Of a DNA stretch of 64,000 nt, positions 55,922 to 64,000 are shown one piece after another. The stretch is from Candidatus Eiseniibacteriota bacterium. Lineage in GTDB: Bacteria; Eisenbacteria; RBG-16-71-46. The notes under the pieces were generated by a model. The model was given only the letters and a program-made list of their open reading frames with translations. It made no database searches and was not told the origin of the DNA. The position numbers and the translations under genes were made by a program. How positions within the stretch are numbered: position 1 is the stretch's first letter; the number at the start of each line of letters is the position of its first letter. The stretch spans positions 84,012 to 148,011 of the forward strand of contig CAVZLN010000007.1 in the NCBI GenBank assembly GCA_963776245.1, in the 5' to 3' direction.

Positions 55922-56455
55922 GTGCGGCTCACGCTGGCGCTCGTGCTCGCAGTCGCCGCACCGTCGTCGGCATCGAGCGGCGGCGGGTACGACCTGACGT
56001 GGTACAAGGTCGCCGAAGGCGGTATCAGCACCAGCAGCGGCGGCTCGTTCACGCTCGGGGGCACCATCGGGCAGCTGGACGCGGGAGTGCTCACGGGCGG
56101 CGACTACAGCCTGGCGGGCGGGTTCTGGCAGGGCACGAACGCGCTGCAACTGGTGGACGTGGCGCCGGCGCCGGTCACGCCACGGGCCGTGCTCTCGTTA
56201 CGCGGACTCACGCGCAATCCCGCGACACTCTCAGACCTGACAGTGGCGTTCTCGCTCGCGAGCGGATCACCGGCGGAACTCGAGATGCTCGATGTGACCG
56301 GCCGCCGCGTCGCCGCCGCCGCGGTCGGTGCGCTGGGCGCCGGGCCGCACGCGCTCACGCTGGCGCCGGCGCACCCGCCGTCGCCCGGGGTCTACTGGCT
56401 GCGGCTGACACAGTCGGGCGTGTCCCGAGTGGCGAAGGCCGTAGTCCTCGAGTAA
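55922..56455 (+). CDS. Secreted 'GTIGQ...GGFW' domain protein with C-terminal sorting-like domain
   Basis: YDLTWYKVAEGG...LGGTIGQLDAG...LAGGFW then LEMLDVTGRRV...PGVYWLRL. Confidence 0.75.
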   Translation: MRLTLALVLAVAAPSSASSGGGYDLTWYKVAEGGISTSSGGSFTLGGTIGQLDAGVLTGGDYSLAGGFWQGTNALQLVDVAPAPVTPRAVLSLRGLTRNPATLSDLTVAFSLASGSPAELEMLDVTGRRVAAAAVGALGAGPHALTLAPAHPPSPGVYWLRLTQSGVSRVAKAVVLE

Positions 56456-56721
56456 CACCCCCACGTGACGTCCGGCGGCCCCACGTACCGCCACGCGTCG
56501 GGGTGTCTGTGCAGCACCCGAGCCGCCCCAGGGCAGACCCGGTTCGAATCCGCACCCTTGCTCACGAATCCAACGTCGAGTGTCCCGTGCCGCGATGTGA
56601 CGACGTATCCGCGCCCGGCATGGGTTCCAGCATGCCGGGTCCCCGGTGCGTGTGACCCGCAGTGCTCCGGCCGCAGGGCTTTCCCGCCAGACTGAGTCCC
56701 ATTCGATCCGGAGGTCCCTGC

Positions 56722-59700
56722 ATGCTCCCCACGGTTCCCCCATGCCCCCGGCCGGTGCGCACGGCGTGCATCCCGGCTCGCGTGCCCGATCCCGTTCCTA
56801 TCCGGATGTCCGCCCCTCGCTCGGCGTCACGCTCGACATCATGGATCCTGGTATGCGTCCTCGCCGCCGCCGCGTTCCTGCCCTCCCCCGCCGCCGCCGC
56901 CGGTTTCAGCCTCGGTGTCCGGCGCGACTTCCCGGCGGGTGCCACCTCGCGCTGGGTCACGGTCGGGGATATCAATGGTGACGGCCGGCTCGACCTGGTG
57001 GTGGCCAACGAGGGGGGCACCACGGTCTCGGTGATGCTCGGGGACGGCACCGGTGGCTTCTCACCGAAGACCGATTTCACCACGGGCCCCGCCCCCAATA
57101 TGGCGGCCATCGGGGACCTGAATGGTGACGGCAAGCCCGACCTGGCGGTCGCCAACTACGGCTCGACCACGCTCTCGGTACTGCTCGGCGATGGCGCCGG
57201 CGGTTTCGGGCCGAAGACCGACTACGCGATCGGACTCGCTCCCCAGGCGGTGGCCATCGGCGACTTCAATGGCGACGGGCGGCCGGACATCGTGGTCGTC
57301 AACGGCAATTCGAACTCGGTCTCCCTCCTGCTCGGCAATGGCATGGGCGGCTTCCCGACACGCACCGATTTCGCGACGGCGAGCAATCCGATCGACGTGC
57401 GGATCGCCGACCTGAACAACGACGGCAAGCTCGACGTGGTGACCGCGAACTACTACGGCAACTCCGCCTCGGTGCTGCTCGGCAATGGCAGCGGTGGATT
57501 CGCGCCGCACGTCGATTACGCCGCCAACATCAACCCCGGCTCGGTCGCGCTCGCCGACATCAATGGCGACGGCAGACTCGACATGGCGGTCGCCAACAGC
57601 GGCTCCGGCAACATCTCGGTGCGGCTCGGTGACGGCCTCGGAGGCTTCGGTGCCAAGACCGACTACCTCGCGGGGTCGGGTGCCTTTGCCGTCGTGCTCG
57701 ACGACGTGGACGGGGATGGCAAGGCCGATCTGGTCAGCGGCAACGGTGCGGCCAATACGGTCTCGGTGCTGCTCGGCGATGGCGCGGGCGGCTTCGGCGC
57801 CAAGACGGACTTCGCCACGGCGAGCGGTCCGTATTGCGTCGTGGTCGCCGACGTCAACGGTGATGGTCGGCGCGACCTGCTGACGGCCAACTTCTACGCC
57901 AGTTCGGCGTCGGTGCTCCTCGGCAACGGCTCGGGTGGGTTTCAGCCCAGGACCGACTACCCCACCGGGGCGCTGGACAAGAACGTGGTCATCGCGGACC
58001 TGAACGGCGACGGCCGCCTCGATCTGGCGGTGGCGGACAACCAGGACAGGACCGTCTCGCTGCTCATGGGAGCCGGTGATGGGACGTTCGGGGCCCGGAC
58101 CGTGTTGCCCACGGCCGGGTTCCCCGCGCTCGTCGCGGTCGGCGACCTGAACCTCGACGGCAGGCCCGACGTGGTGGCGGCGAATTTCGATCTTGGCTCG
58201 GTCTCGGTGATGCTCGGTCAGGGCGCCGGCAGCTTCGGTGCCCACGCCGAATTCGCCACGCCCGCCAACCCGAGCGGGGTCGCCATCGCCGACCTGAATG
58301 GTGACGGCAAGCCCGAGATCATCACCGCCAACAAGGGCGCCAACACCATGTCGGTGCTCTACAACTCGGGCGCCGGCACGTTCAGTTCCCGCAGCGATTT
58401 CGGCACCGGACTGGCTCCGGTGTACGTGGCCGCCGGCGACCTGACCCGGGATGGCCTCGTGGACCTGGTCGTCGCGAACGCGAACTCCGCCACGCTCACG
58501 ATCTACGTCGGGGTCGGCGGCGGCGGCTTCGTGCCCAAGCCCAACGTGTCCACCGGCATCACGCCGGTATGGGTGGCGATCGGGGACCTCAGCGGGGACG
58601 GCATCCCCGACCTGGCGGTCGCCAATCAGGGCTCGAACACGGTCTCGGTGATCGTGGGCAACGGGGATGGCACTTTCGGCTCGCGGACCGACTATCCCAC
58701 CAATGCCGTTCCGGCGTCGGTCGCGATCGGAGATCTGAACGGCGACGGCAGGCCCGATCTGGCGGTGGCGCACTGGTCGGCATCGCCGATCTCGGTGCTG
58801 CTCGGCAACGGCGTCGGTGGCTTCGGCCCCAAGGCGGACTTCGCCGCCGAGAGCTATCCCTCCTGTGCCGCCATCGCCGACCTGAACGCCGACGGCCGGC
58901 CCGACCTCGTGGCCTCCAACTACTACACCAACGCGGCCTCGGTGCTGCTGGCGCAGGAGCCGACGCGCACCGTGCTCGGGGTGAATCCAAACCCGGCGGT
59001 GCTGGGCGCTCCAGTCACCCTGACGGCGAGTGTCACCGTGCCGTCGCCGGGAGTGTGGGCCGCCACCGGGACGGTGAGCTTCTACGACGGCACGACGCTG
59101 CTCGGCAGCTCGGCGGTCAGCGGCGGCGCGGCGGGGCTGGCGCTGTTCGCGCCGGTGGTCGGGCTGCGCCCGATCACGGCCGTGTACGGTGGTGACGCGA
59201 AGCACTTCGGGAGCATCGCGCCGACCCAGCTCGGACGCGTGGTGCCGACCGCCGCGCCGGCGCTCGCCGGGATCAGCGATGTCGGCGCCGACCAGGGCCA
59301 CCAGCTTCGCGTGCGCTTCCGCGCCAGCGGGTTCGACTACCTCGGCTCGTCGACCCCGATCCTCTCGTACGGCGTCTACCGCCGGATCGTGGCCGGGCTC
59401 GCTCCGCCATCGGTGATCGCGCCGGAGCCCGTCGCCTCGGGCGCGACGGCGCGGGAGGGCGCGAGCCCGGCGAGCACGCAGGTGGACGGCTGGGACCTCG
59501 TGGGCACGGTGGGCGCGCGCGCGGATTCCGCCTACAACCTCGTCGTGCCGACGCTGGCAGACTCGAACATGTCGGGAACGCACTTCACGACCTTCTTCGT
59601 CAGCGCGGTGACGGCGACTCCGGCGATCTTCTACGACTCTGCACCGGACTCGGGGTACTCGGTGGACAACCTGCCCCCCGCGGTCCCGGCACCGTTCGCG

Positions 59701-60231
59701 GCGGCCTACGCTTCGGGCGCGACTCAATTGCACTGGGGAGCCAACACGGAGAGCGACTTCGGTTACTACCGGCTGTATCGCGGTGGCTCGGCCGGCTTCA
59801 CGCCGGGTGCCGGGAACCTGATCGCGACAAGGCCGGACACCGGCTACGCGGACCCGGGACCCGCCGGCTCGTACTACAAGCTCTCGGCGGTGGACGTGAA
59901 CGGCAATGAGAGCGGCTTCGCCTTGATCACGCCGAGCGGGACGCTCGCGGTCCTCGATCGCCCCCTCGCGTTCGCGCTGGAGCGGTTGACGAACCCGTCC
60001 CGGGATGGCCGTCTCACGGTGACGTTCACACTGCCCAGCGACGAGCGTGCGACGCTCGAAGTCCTCGACGTGTCAGGCCGCCGTGCCATCGCTCGCGAGG
60101 TGGGCAATCTCGGCGCTGGCCACCATGCCATCACACTCGCCGGGGACCAGCGCCTCACCCCGGGGATGTACTTCGTGCGTCTGGTGCAGGGGACGAACGA
60201 GCGTGTGGCTCGCGTTGCGGTGCTGGAGTGA
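56722..60231 (+). CDS. Large secreted FG-GAP/VCBS repeat protein with Ig-like domains and C-terminal sorting-like domain
   Basis: GGAGGT RBS; 14 repeats of about 49 aa (D-x-NGDG-x-x-D-L-x-V-A-N); Ig-like GTVSFYDGTTLLG; LEVLDVSGRR...PGMYFVRL. Confidence 0.9.
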   Translation: MLPTVPPCPRPVRTACIPARVPDPVPIRMSAPRSASRSTSWILVCVLAAAAFLPSPAAAAGFSLGVRRDFPAGATSRWVTVGDINGDGRLDLVVANEGGTTVSVMLGDGTGGFSPKTDFTTGPAPNMAAIGDLNGDGKPDLAVANYGSTTLSVLLGDGAGGFGPKTDYAIGLAPQAVAIGDFNGDGRPDIVVVNGNSNSVSLLLGNGMGGFPTRTDFATASNPIDVRIADLNNDGKLDVVTANYYGNSASVLLGNGSGGFAPHVDYAANINPGSVALADINGDGRLDMAVANSGSGNISVRLGDGLGGFGAKTDYLAGSGAFAVVLDDVDGDGKADLVSGNGAANTVSVLLGDGAGGFGAKTDFATASGPYCVVVADVNGDGRRDLLTANFYASSASVLLGNGSGGFQPRTDYPTGALDKNVVIADLNGDGRLDLAVADNQDRTVSLLMGAGDGTFGARTVLPTAGFPALVAVGDLNLDGRPDVVAANFDLGSVSVMLGQGAGSFGAHAEFATPANPSGVAIADLNGDGKPEIITANKGANTMSVLYNSGAGTFSSRSDFGTGLAPVYVAAGDLTRDGLVDLVVANANSATLTIYVGVGGGGFVPKPNVSTGITPVWVAIGDLSGDGIPDLAVANQGSNTVSVIVGNGDGTFGSRTDYPTNAVPASVAIGDLNGDGRPDLAVAHWSASPISVLLGNGVGGFGPKADFAAESYPSCAAIADLNADGRPDLVASNYYTNAASVLLAQEPTRTVLGVNPNPAVLGAPVTLTASVTVPSPGVWAATGTVSFYDGTTLLGSSAVSGGAAGLALFAPVVGLRPITAVYGGDAKHFGSIAPTQLGRVVPTAAPALAGISDVGADQGHQLRVRFRASGFDYLGSSTPILSYGVYRRIVAGLAPPSVIAPEPVASGATAREGASPASTQVDGWDLVGTVGARADSAYNLVVPTLADSNMSGTHFTTFFVSAVTATPAIFYDSAPDSGYSVDNLPPAVPAPFAAAYASGATQLHWGANTESDFGYYRLYRGGSAGFTPGAGNLIATRPDTGYADPGPAGSYYKLSAVDVNGNESGFALITPSGTLAVLDRPLAFALERLTNPSRDGRLTVTFTLPSDERATLEVLDVSGRRAIAREVGNLGAGHHAITLAGDQRLTPGMYFVRLVQGTNERVARVAVLE

Positions 60232-60308
60232 CGTTTGACCAGCTCCCGTGAATAGCGCGCAGCGGGCGGTTCGGTGAAGGAGCCCGTGCGCCGCCCTGGG
60301 ATCGCGGT

Positions 60309-60731
60309 CTACGATTTCGCCTTCTTCGAAGGCTTCGGCTTGGCAGAACTGTTGAGCGCGATCGCCTGGCGGATGAGCGCCTTGAAGGCGACCTCGTCGA
60401 CCTCTTCTCCCTCGCGGATGTCGATCGCGCGGCGTACGTTTCCGTCGAGACTCGAGTTGAAGAGACCGGCCGGGTCCTTCAGAGACGCGCCCTTGTGGAA
60501 GGTGAGCTTCACGACAGTCTTGTAGGATTCGCCGGTGCAGATGATGCCGTCGTGCGACCAGATCGGAGTGCCCATCCACTTCCACTCCTCGACGACATCC
60601 GGGTCGGCTTCCTTGATCAGTTTGCGCATTCGGCTGAGGGTCTTGCCGCGCCAGTCCCCGAGTTCAGCGATCCGCTTCGAAATGAGCTTCGAGGCCGACT
60701 GGCCTTGGCTCGCGCCTGACTTCTCTTTCAT
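60309..60731 (-). CDS. DUF1801 (YdhG-like) protein
   Basis: [31 protein letters not shown]. Confidence 0.88.
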   Translation of the reverse strand: MKEKSGASQGQSASKLISKRIAELGDWRGKTLSRMRKLIKEADPDVVEEWKWMGTPIWSHDGIICTGESYKTVVKLTFHKGASLKDPAGLFNSSLDGNVRRAIDIREGEEVDEVAFKALIRQAIALNSSAKPKPSKKAKS

Positions 60732-60799
60732 GCTCGCATCCTTGAAGAAGGTTGCGTTGCCTGAAGTCCGCCAACGCCACCAGCGCGTCGGAAGAACAA

Positions 60800-60835
60800 G
60801 TGGCCCCGGCTGGAGTCGAATCAGCGGCACGCGGT
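60800..60835 (-). repeat. Displaced 3' half of tRNA-Arg(CCT), att-like direct repeat
   Basis: 35/36 identical to 62268-62303; identity stops at the anticodon loop. Confidence 0.92.
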
Positions 60836-60881
60836 CTCGAACGCAGCAGTGCACACGGGCCGACTATTGAAGGACTCGCGC

Positions 60882-60968
60882 GTGGACGGCTCCGCGCGGG
60901 AGTCATGCCCCAGGATCACGACTCCTCGCCCCCTGGCCCGAGGGCGGCATCATTGTGCCTCACCCATG
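60882..60968. repeat. Dispersed direct repeat, copy B
   Basis: Matches 54310-54409; 46 bp inside the att-like repeat. Confidence 0.9.
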
Positions 60969-61113
60969 CGGACGCGCGCATCCACCTTCTCCACTGGGAA
61001 CTCCATACCCGGTCGGTGGTCGTCGGCTGTCGCTCGCTCTGTGGAGGGCACAGCGCCGTGTCTGAGTCCAAGCCGTACAGGTCGTTGGTCGATCTCAGTG
61101 TAGCCGGAGGGCG

Positions 61114-61815
61114 TTAGCGGTAGATCGTCTTGAGCCGGCCCCAGGTCGTCGAGGCGACGGGCGTGTTCGAGTCGTACTGGATCCACAGACGCGGCCACGG
61201 ATGGGTCAGGTTGTCCGAGGTGGCGATCAGGCAACTGATGGAGCCGGTGTTGCCGATGATCCGGAACCCGCTTCTCGGGATCGTTCCGCCCGCCCACGCG
61301 TTGACGATGCTCGTGACGTCGAAATCCTGAGTGCAGCCCCAGTAGCACGGGCCGGACGGATCGCCGCGGCTGACGGGATACGTGAGCGCCATCGACGGGT
61401 AGATGACGCTCGGTTGGGTGGGCCACGTGACCGTGGCCTCGTCCCACGGATATCCGACCGGATCGAAGGTGATCGTGCCGTCCTTGAACTCGCCCCAGAG
61501 CGTGAGTTGCGCCGACGTGACCACGGCGTCAACGGGCAGGTCCGAGATGTCGAACTCGAGGAACCCCGCGAAGTACGACAGCCCGACTCCGACGAACCAC
61601 TCGTGGCTTCCGTAGTTCGTGCCCGGAGACAGCGAGGACACGGTCGCGTCCTTGCCGTCGGGTCCAGGCTGGAGGACCAGGATGCCGACGCCGGTCGCGG
61701 CCCAAGGTGATGCGGTCTCGTGCGACTGGGCGCGAGCGGCGGAGGTCGAGACTGCGGACAATAGGGTCGAAAGCAGCACGCACACGGGCGCGAAGCGCGG
61801 TGCAAGGCGGTGCAT
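61114..61815 (-). CDS. Secreted DNRLRE-like domain protein with TWGRLKTIYR tail
   Basis: Signal peptide, DATV...TNYG, FLEFDIS, WDEATVTW, DVTSIVNAW, PRLWIQY. Confidence 0.75.
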   Translation of the reverse strand: MHRLAPRFAPVCVLLSTLLSAVSTSAARAQSHETASPWAATGVGILVLQPGPDGKDATVSSLSPGTNYGSHEWFVGVGLSYFAGFLEFDISDLPVDAVVTSAQLTLWGEFKDGTITFDPVGYPWDEATVTWPTQPSVIYPSMALTYPVSRGDPSGPCYWGCTQDFDVTSIVNAWAGGTIPRSGFRIIGNTGSISCLIATSDNLTHPWPRLWIQYDSNTPVASTTWGRLKTIYR

Positions 61816-62265
61816 GGCGGCTCCTTCTGCCATCCGGCAGGTCGACCCAGCGCGACCCCGGCGGCCACCGGGGCACGCTTGGGCCTGTCGACCTATCGGC
61901 ACCCCCGTCACTGAACGTGAGTGCGCCGCCGCCGTCGAGTTCCCGGCGGCCGCCTGTTCCTCGCAGCCAGGCGCGGCGCCTGGAGGCGTGGAGCCGGTGG
62001 CTGGATGAGCACCTGCTCGCCGCGGTCGGGCGGGAAGAGCGCCGCGGCCTGGAGGTCAGAAGGTCGCGGTCGCGGCAATCCGGAATGGAACCGGGCGGGC
62101 GTTGGGCCGGCCCAGGTCGAGCGCGGCCGACCCGGCCGGCGGCCGACCACCTCCGCGGCGATCGTTCCTGCCGAGGGCGAACCAGTCCCGGGAGTCGAGC
62201 TTCGAACCGTCGCTTGACGGGGAAGCCTACGCAGTCTGCGAGCGCCTTCGTAAACCCTTGGTAGG

Positions 62266-62342
62266 TGGTGGCCCCGGCTGGAGTCGAACCAGCGGCACGC
62301 GGTTTAGGAAACCGCTGCTCTATCCGTCTGAGCTACGGGGCC
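62266..62342 (-). tRNA. tRNA-Arg(CCT)
   Basis: GGCCCCGTAGCTCAGACGGATAGAGC...GCGGT-TTCCTAA-ACCGC...GGTTCGACTCC...GGGGCCACCA; promoter-like TTGCGC-16-TACCTT at 62353-62380. Confidence 0.97.
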
Positions 62343-62382
62343 GTGGCGCAAGAAGGTAGCGCACTCTGCTAGGCGCGCAAAT

Positions 62383-62406
62383 CACATCGGCACGCACATC
62401 GGCACG
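62383..62406. repeat. 12-bp tandem duplication CACATCGGCACG x2 next to the tRNA -35 element
   Basis: Read directly from the sequence. Confidence 0.7.
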
Positions 62407-62486
62407 CGGTCCAGTAGACCGCTGCTCGGCGTGGCTGCGAGATGGGCAAGGCCTTGTCACCTCTGCGCCAGTCATGCCGCGGGCGC

Positions 62487-64000
62487 TCATCGTGTGATGC
62501 GCATTCTCTTCAGCATGGCCTCGTATCGCGGGTCGAAGCACAACTGCGAACTGAAGATCTCCGTGTAGACGTGGAGAAAGACCATCAACGTGTCCCGTTC
62601 CTCGAAGGCCTGTTCGAAATGGGCGAACACCTCGTCGTACCTTCCGAGCGCCGCGGCCAGCCAGGCGATCGCCGTAGGCGATACGTTGCTCGTCTTCTTG
62701 GCCTCAACCATCTCGAGGAGTATCCGGGAGGCGCGCTCCGTGTCGCCCCGCTTCAGACAGACCAGCCCGATGAGGCCTTCCGCCCAGCCGGGAGCAACGG
62801 CCAGTTCTCTCGCCCTCTCGAGCGCGAGGGTCGCCTCGGCGAAGAGGCCCTTCTTGACGTAGGCCACTCCCGCGTGGAAGTAGGCCAGGCCGAGGCGCGG
62901 GTCGATCTCCATGGCCCTTGCGAACTCGGTCAGGGCTTCATCCAGTCTGCCGGCGGCCACTCGGAGCCCGACGGACCACGCGTAGAAGATCGGCTTGAGC
63001 GGGTCCAACGAGAGCGCCACATCGATGTCGCGGATCGCGTCGTCGAACCGACGCTGGCTCAAGCGCAGCCAGGCCCGCAACCCGTAGGCGACGGCATTCC
63101 CGGGGTTGAGAGCGAGCGAGCGCTCCATGCTCCGCTCGGCCTCCTCCCAGTCCCACGCATACCAGAAGGCCAGTGTGGCAGAGCCCAGTTGGGCATCGGC
63201 GAGGTCGGGGTCGAGCTCGCGCGCCCGCTGCAGCGCCGCCGTCGCCTTGGGCAACACGTGGGCCGACGGCGCCAGATTCAGAATGCCCAGATTCGCGTAT
63301 GCAGTGCCAATCCCCGCATGGGCAAGCGCGAAGTGCGGATCCCTCGCGACAGCGTCCCCGAAGAAGCTCAGCGCCCTGGCAAGCGACTCGGGGTCGGGCC
63401 GGTAAAGGAACTGCAGCCCCTTCAGGTAGAGATTGTAGGCTTCGTGGTCGGCCGTTGAGCGGCGCCGCAGCGCCGCCTCTTCCCCCGCCAACAACTCTCC
63501 CTTGAGCTTTGCGACGAGCGCCAGAGAGATCTCGTCCTGGATCGCGAAGACGTCGACCAGTTCGCGGTCGAATCGTTCCGACCAGAGGTGAAATCCGTCC
63601 GCGACGCTGATGAGCTGCGCCGTGACCCGGAGTCGGTTACTGGACGTCCGCACGCTGCCTTCGAGTACAGTATCGACGCCGAGCTTGTGGCCGATCTCCC
63701 TGACATCCACCTTCGCGCCCTTGAAGGCGAACGCCGAGGTCCGAGCGACGACGCGCAGGTCTCGGACACGCACCAGGGCATTGATCAGCTCCTCGGCGAT
63801 CCCGTCGCCGAGGTACTCCTGATCCTTCGCGGGACTCATGTCCACAAAGGGCAGGACGGCCACCGAGGGCGGGCCCTTTCGGGCCGACTCGGGTCTCACC
63901 TCGAGGCGTTGGGAGCGATCGTTGGTGGCATCGCCCGACAAGCCAGCGGCGTCCGCGAACGCGGCCCCCGTCGCGAACCGGTCCGCCGGAACCTTGGCCA
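62487..64000 (-). CDS. Probable Ser/Thr kinase-TolB-like-TPR protein, 5' part outside window
   Basis: Kinase-tail-like AKVPADRF, SVAVLPF...EELINAL...VLEGSVR...LWSERFDR, then TPR repeats. Confidence 0.85.
   Translation of the reverse strand, partial: AKVPADRFATGAAFADAAGLSGDATNDRSQRLEVRPESARKGPPSVAVLPFVDMSPAKDQEYLGDGIAEELINALVRVRDLRVVARTSAFAFKGAKVDVREIGHKLGVDTVLEGSVRTSSNRLRVTAQLISVADGFHLWSERFDRELVDVFAIQDEISLALVAKLKGELLAGEEAALRRRSTADHEAYNLYLKGLQFLYRPDPESLARALSFFGDAVARDPHFALAHAGIGTAYANLGILNLAPSAHVLPKATAALQRARELDPDLADAQLGSATLAFWYAWDWEEAERSMERSLALNPGNAVAYGLRAWLRLSQRRFDDAIRDIDVALSLDPLKPIFYAWSVGLRVAAGRLDEALTEFARAMEIDPRLGLAYFHAGVAYVKKGLFAEATLALERARELAVAPGWAEGLIGLVCLKRGDTERASRILLEMVEAKKTSNVSPTAIAWLAAALGRYDEVFAHFEQAFEERDTLMVFLHVYTEIFSSQLCFDPRYEAMLKRMRITR

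Larger units (their letters stand above)
60800..62303. mobile_element. Integrase-free tRNA-anchored islet or island remnant (~1.5 kb)
   Basis: Bounded by intact tRNA-Arg(CCT) and its 3'-half duplicate; one cargo gene; no recombinase ORF. Confidence 0.65.

Noticed and set aside
56541..56551. GGTTCGAATCC as a tRNA or tRNA remnant
   Set aside because: No full T-stem, acceptor stem, D-arm or CCA could be built around it
56960..58950. ~147-bp periodic repeats as a CRISPR or DNA repeat array
   Set aside because: Degenerate at synonymous positions and in frame; they are FG-GAP protein repeats
60752..61117. Plus-strand ORF reading VAPAGVES through the att repeat as a recombinase tail
   Set aside because: Simply the antisense translation of the tRNA fragment; no catalytic recombinase motifs seen

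Overview
Very GC-rich bacterial chromosomal DNA from a diderm (LptE and outer-membrane barrel proteins are present). Secreted proteins ending in a 'DVxGRR...PGxYxxRL' domain or a 'TWGRLKTIYR' tail suggest a Ca. Eisenbacteria-like FCB-group organism; this is inference only. A XerC/D dif-like site at 211-238 suggests the replication terminus. From about 44.7 kb leftwards, an almost uninterrupted minus-strand core block runs toward it: aroC, aroF, a GT-C/TPR glycosyltransferase, tRNA-Val, thrS, L20 leader-infC(ATT start)-rpmI-rplT-pheST, zapB-like-zapA-6S RNA-rny, a YmdB-FolD fusion, xseAB-ispA-dxs-nadK-recN, trpEGDCFB without trpA, tRNA-Arg(CCG), ubiE/menG, a sigma54-driven GGDEF protein, wbpB/D/E-like sugar genes, a sigma54 two-component system, and lptE-holA-leuS. 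Many core genes carry single-base frameshifts that look like assembly indels. The right ~15 kb is an accessory region anchored on tRNA-Arg(CCT). It holds a 36-bp duplicated tRNA 3' half bounding an integrase-free ~1.5-kb islet, two copies of an unexplained ~90-100-bp hairpin-forming repeat 6.6 kb apart, a truncated gene scar, and a secreted module (TYQG-domain protein, GGFW-domain protein, 14-repeat FG-GAP protein). No CRISPR array, transposase or integrase was seen.
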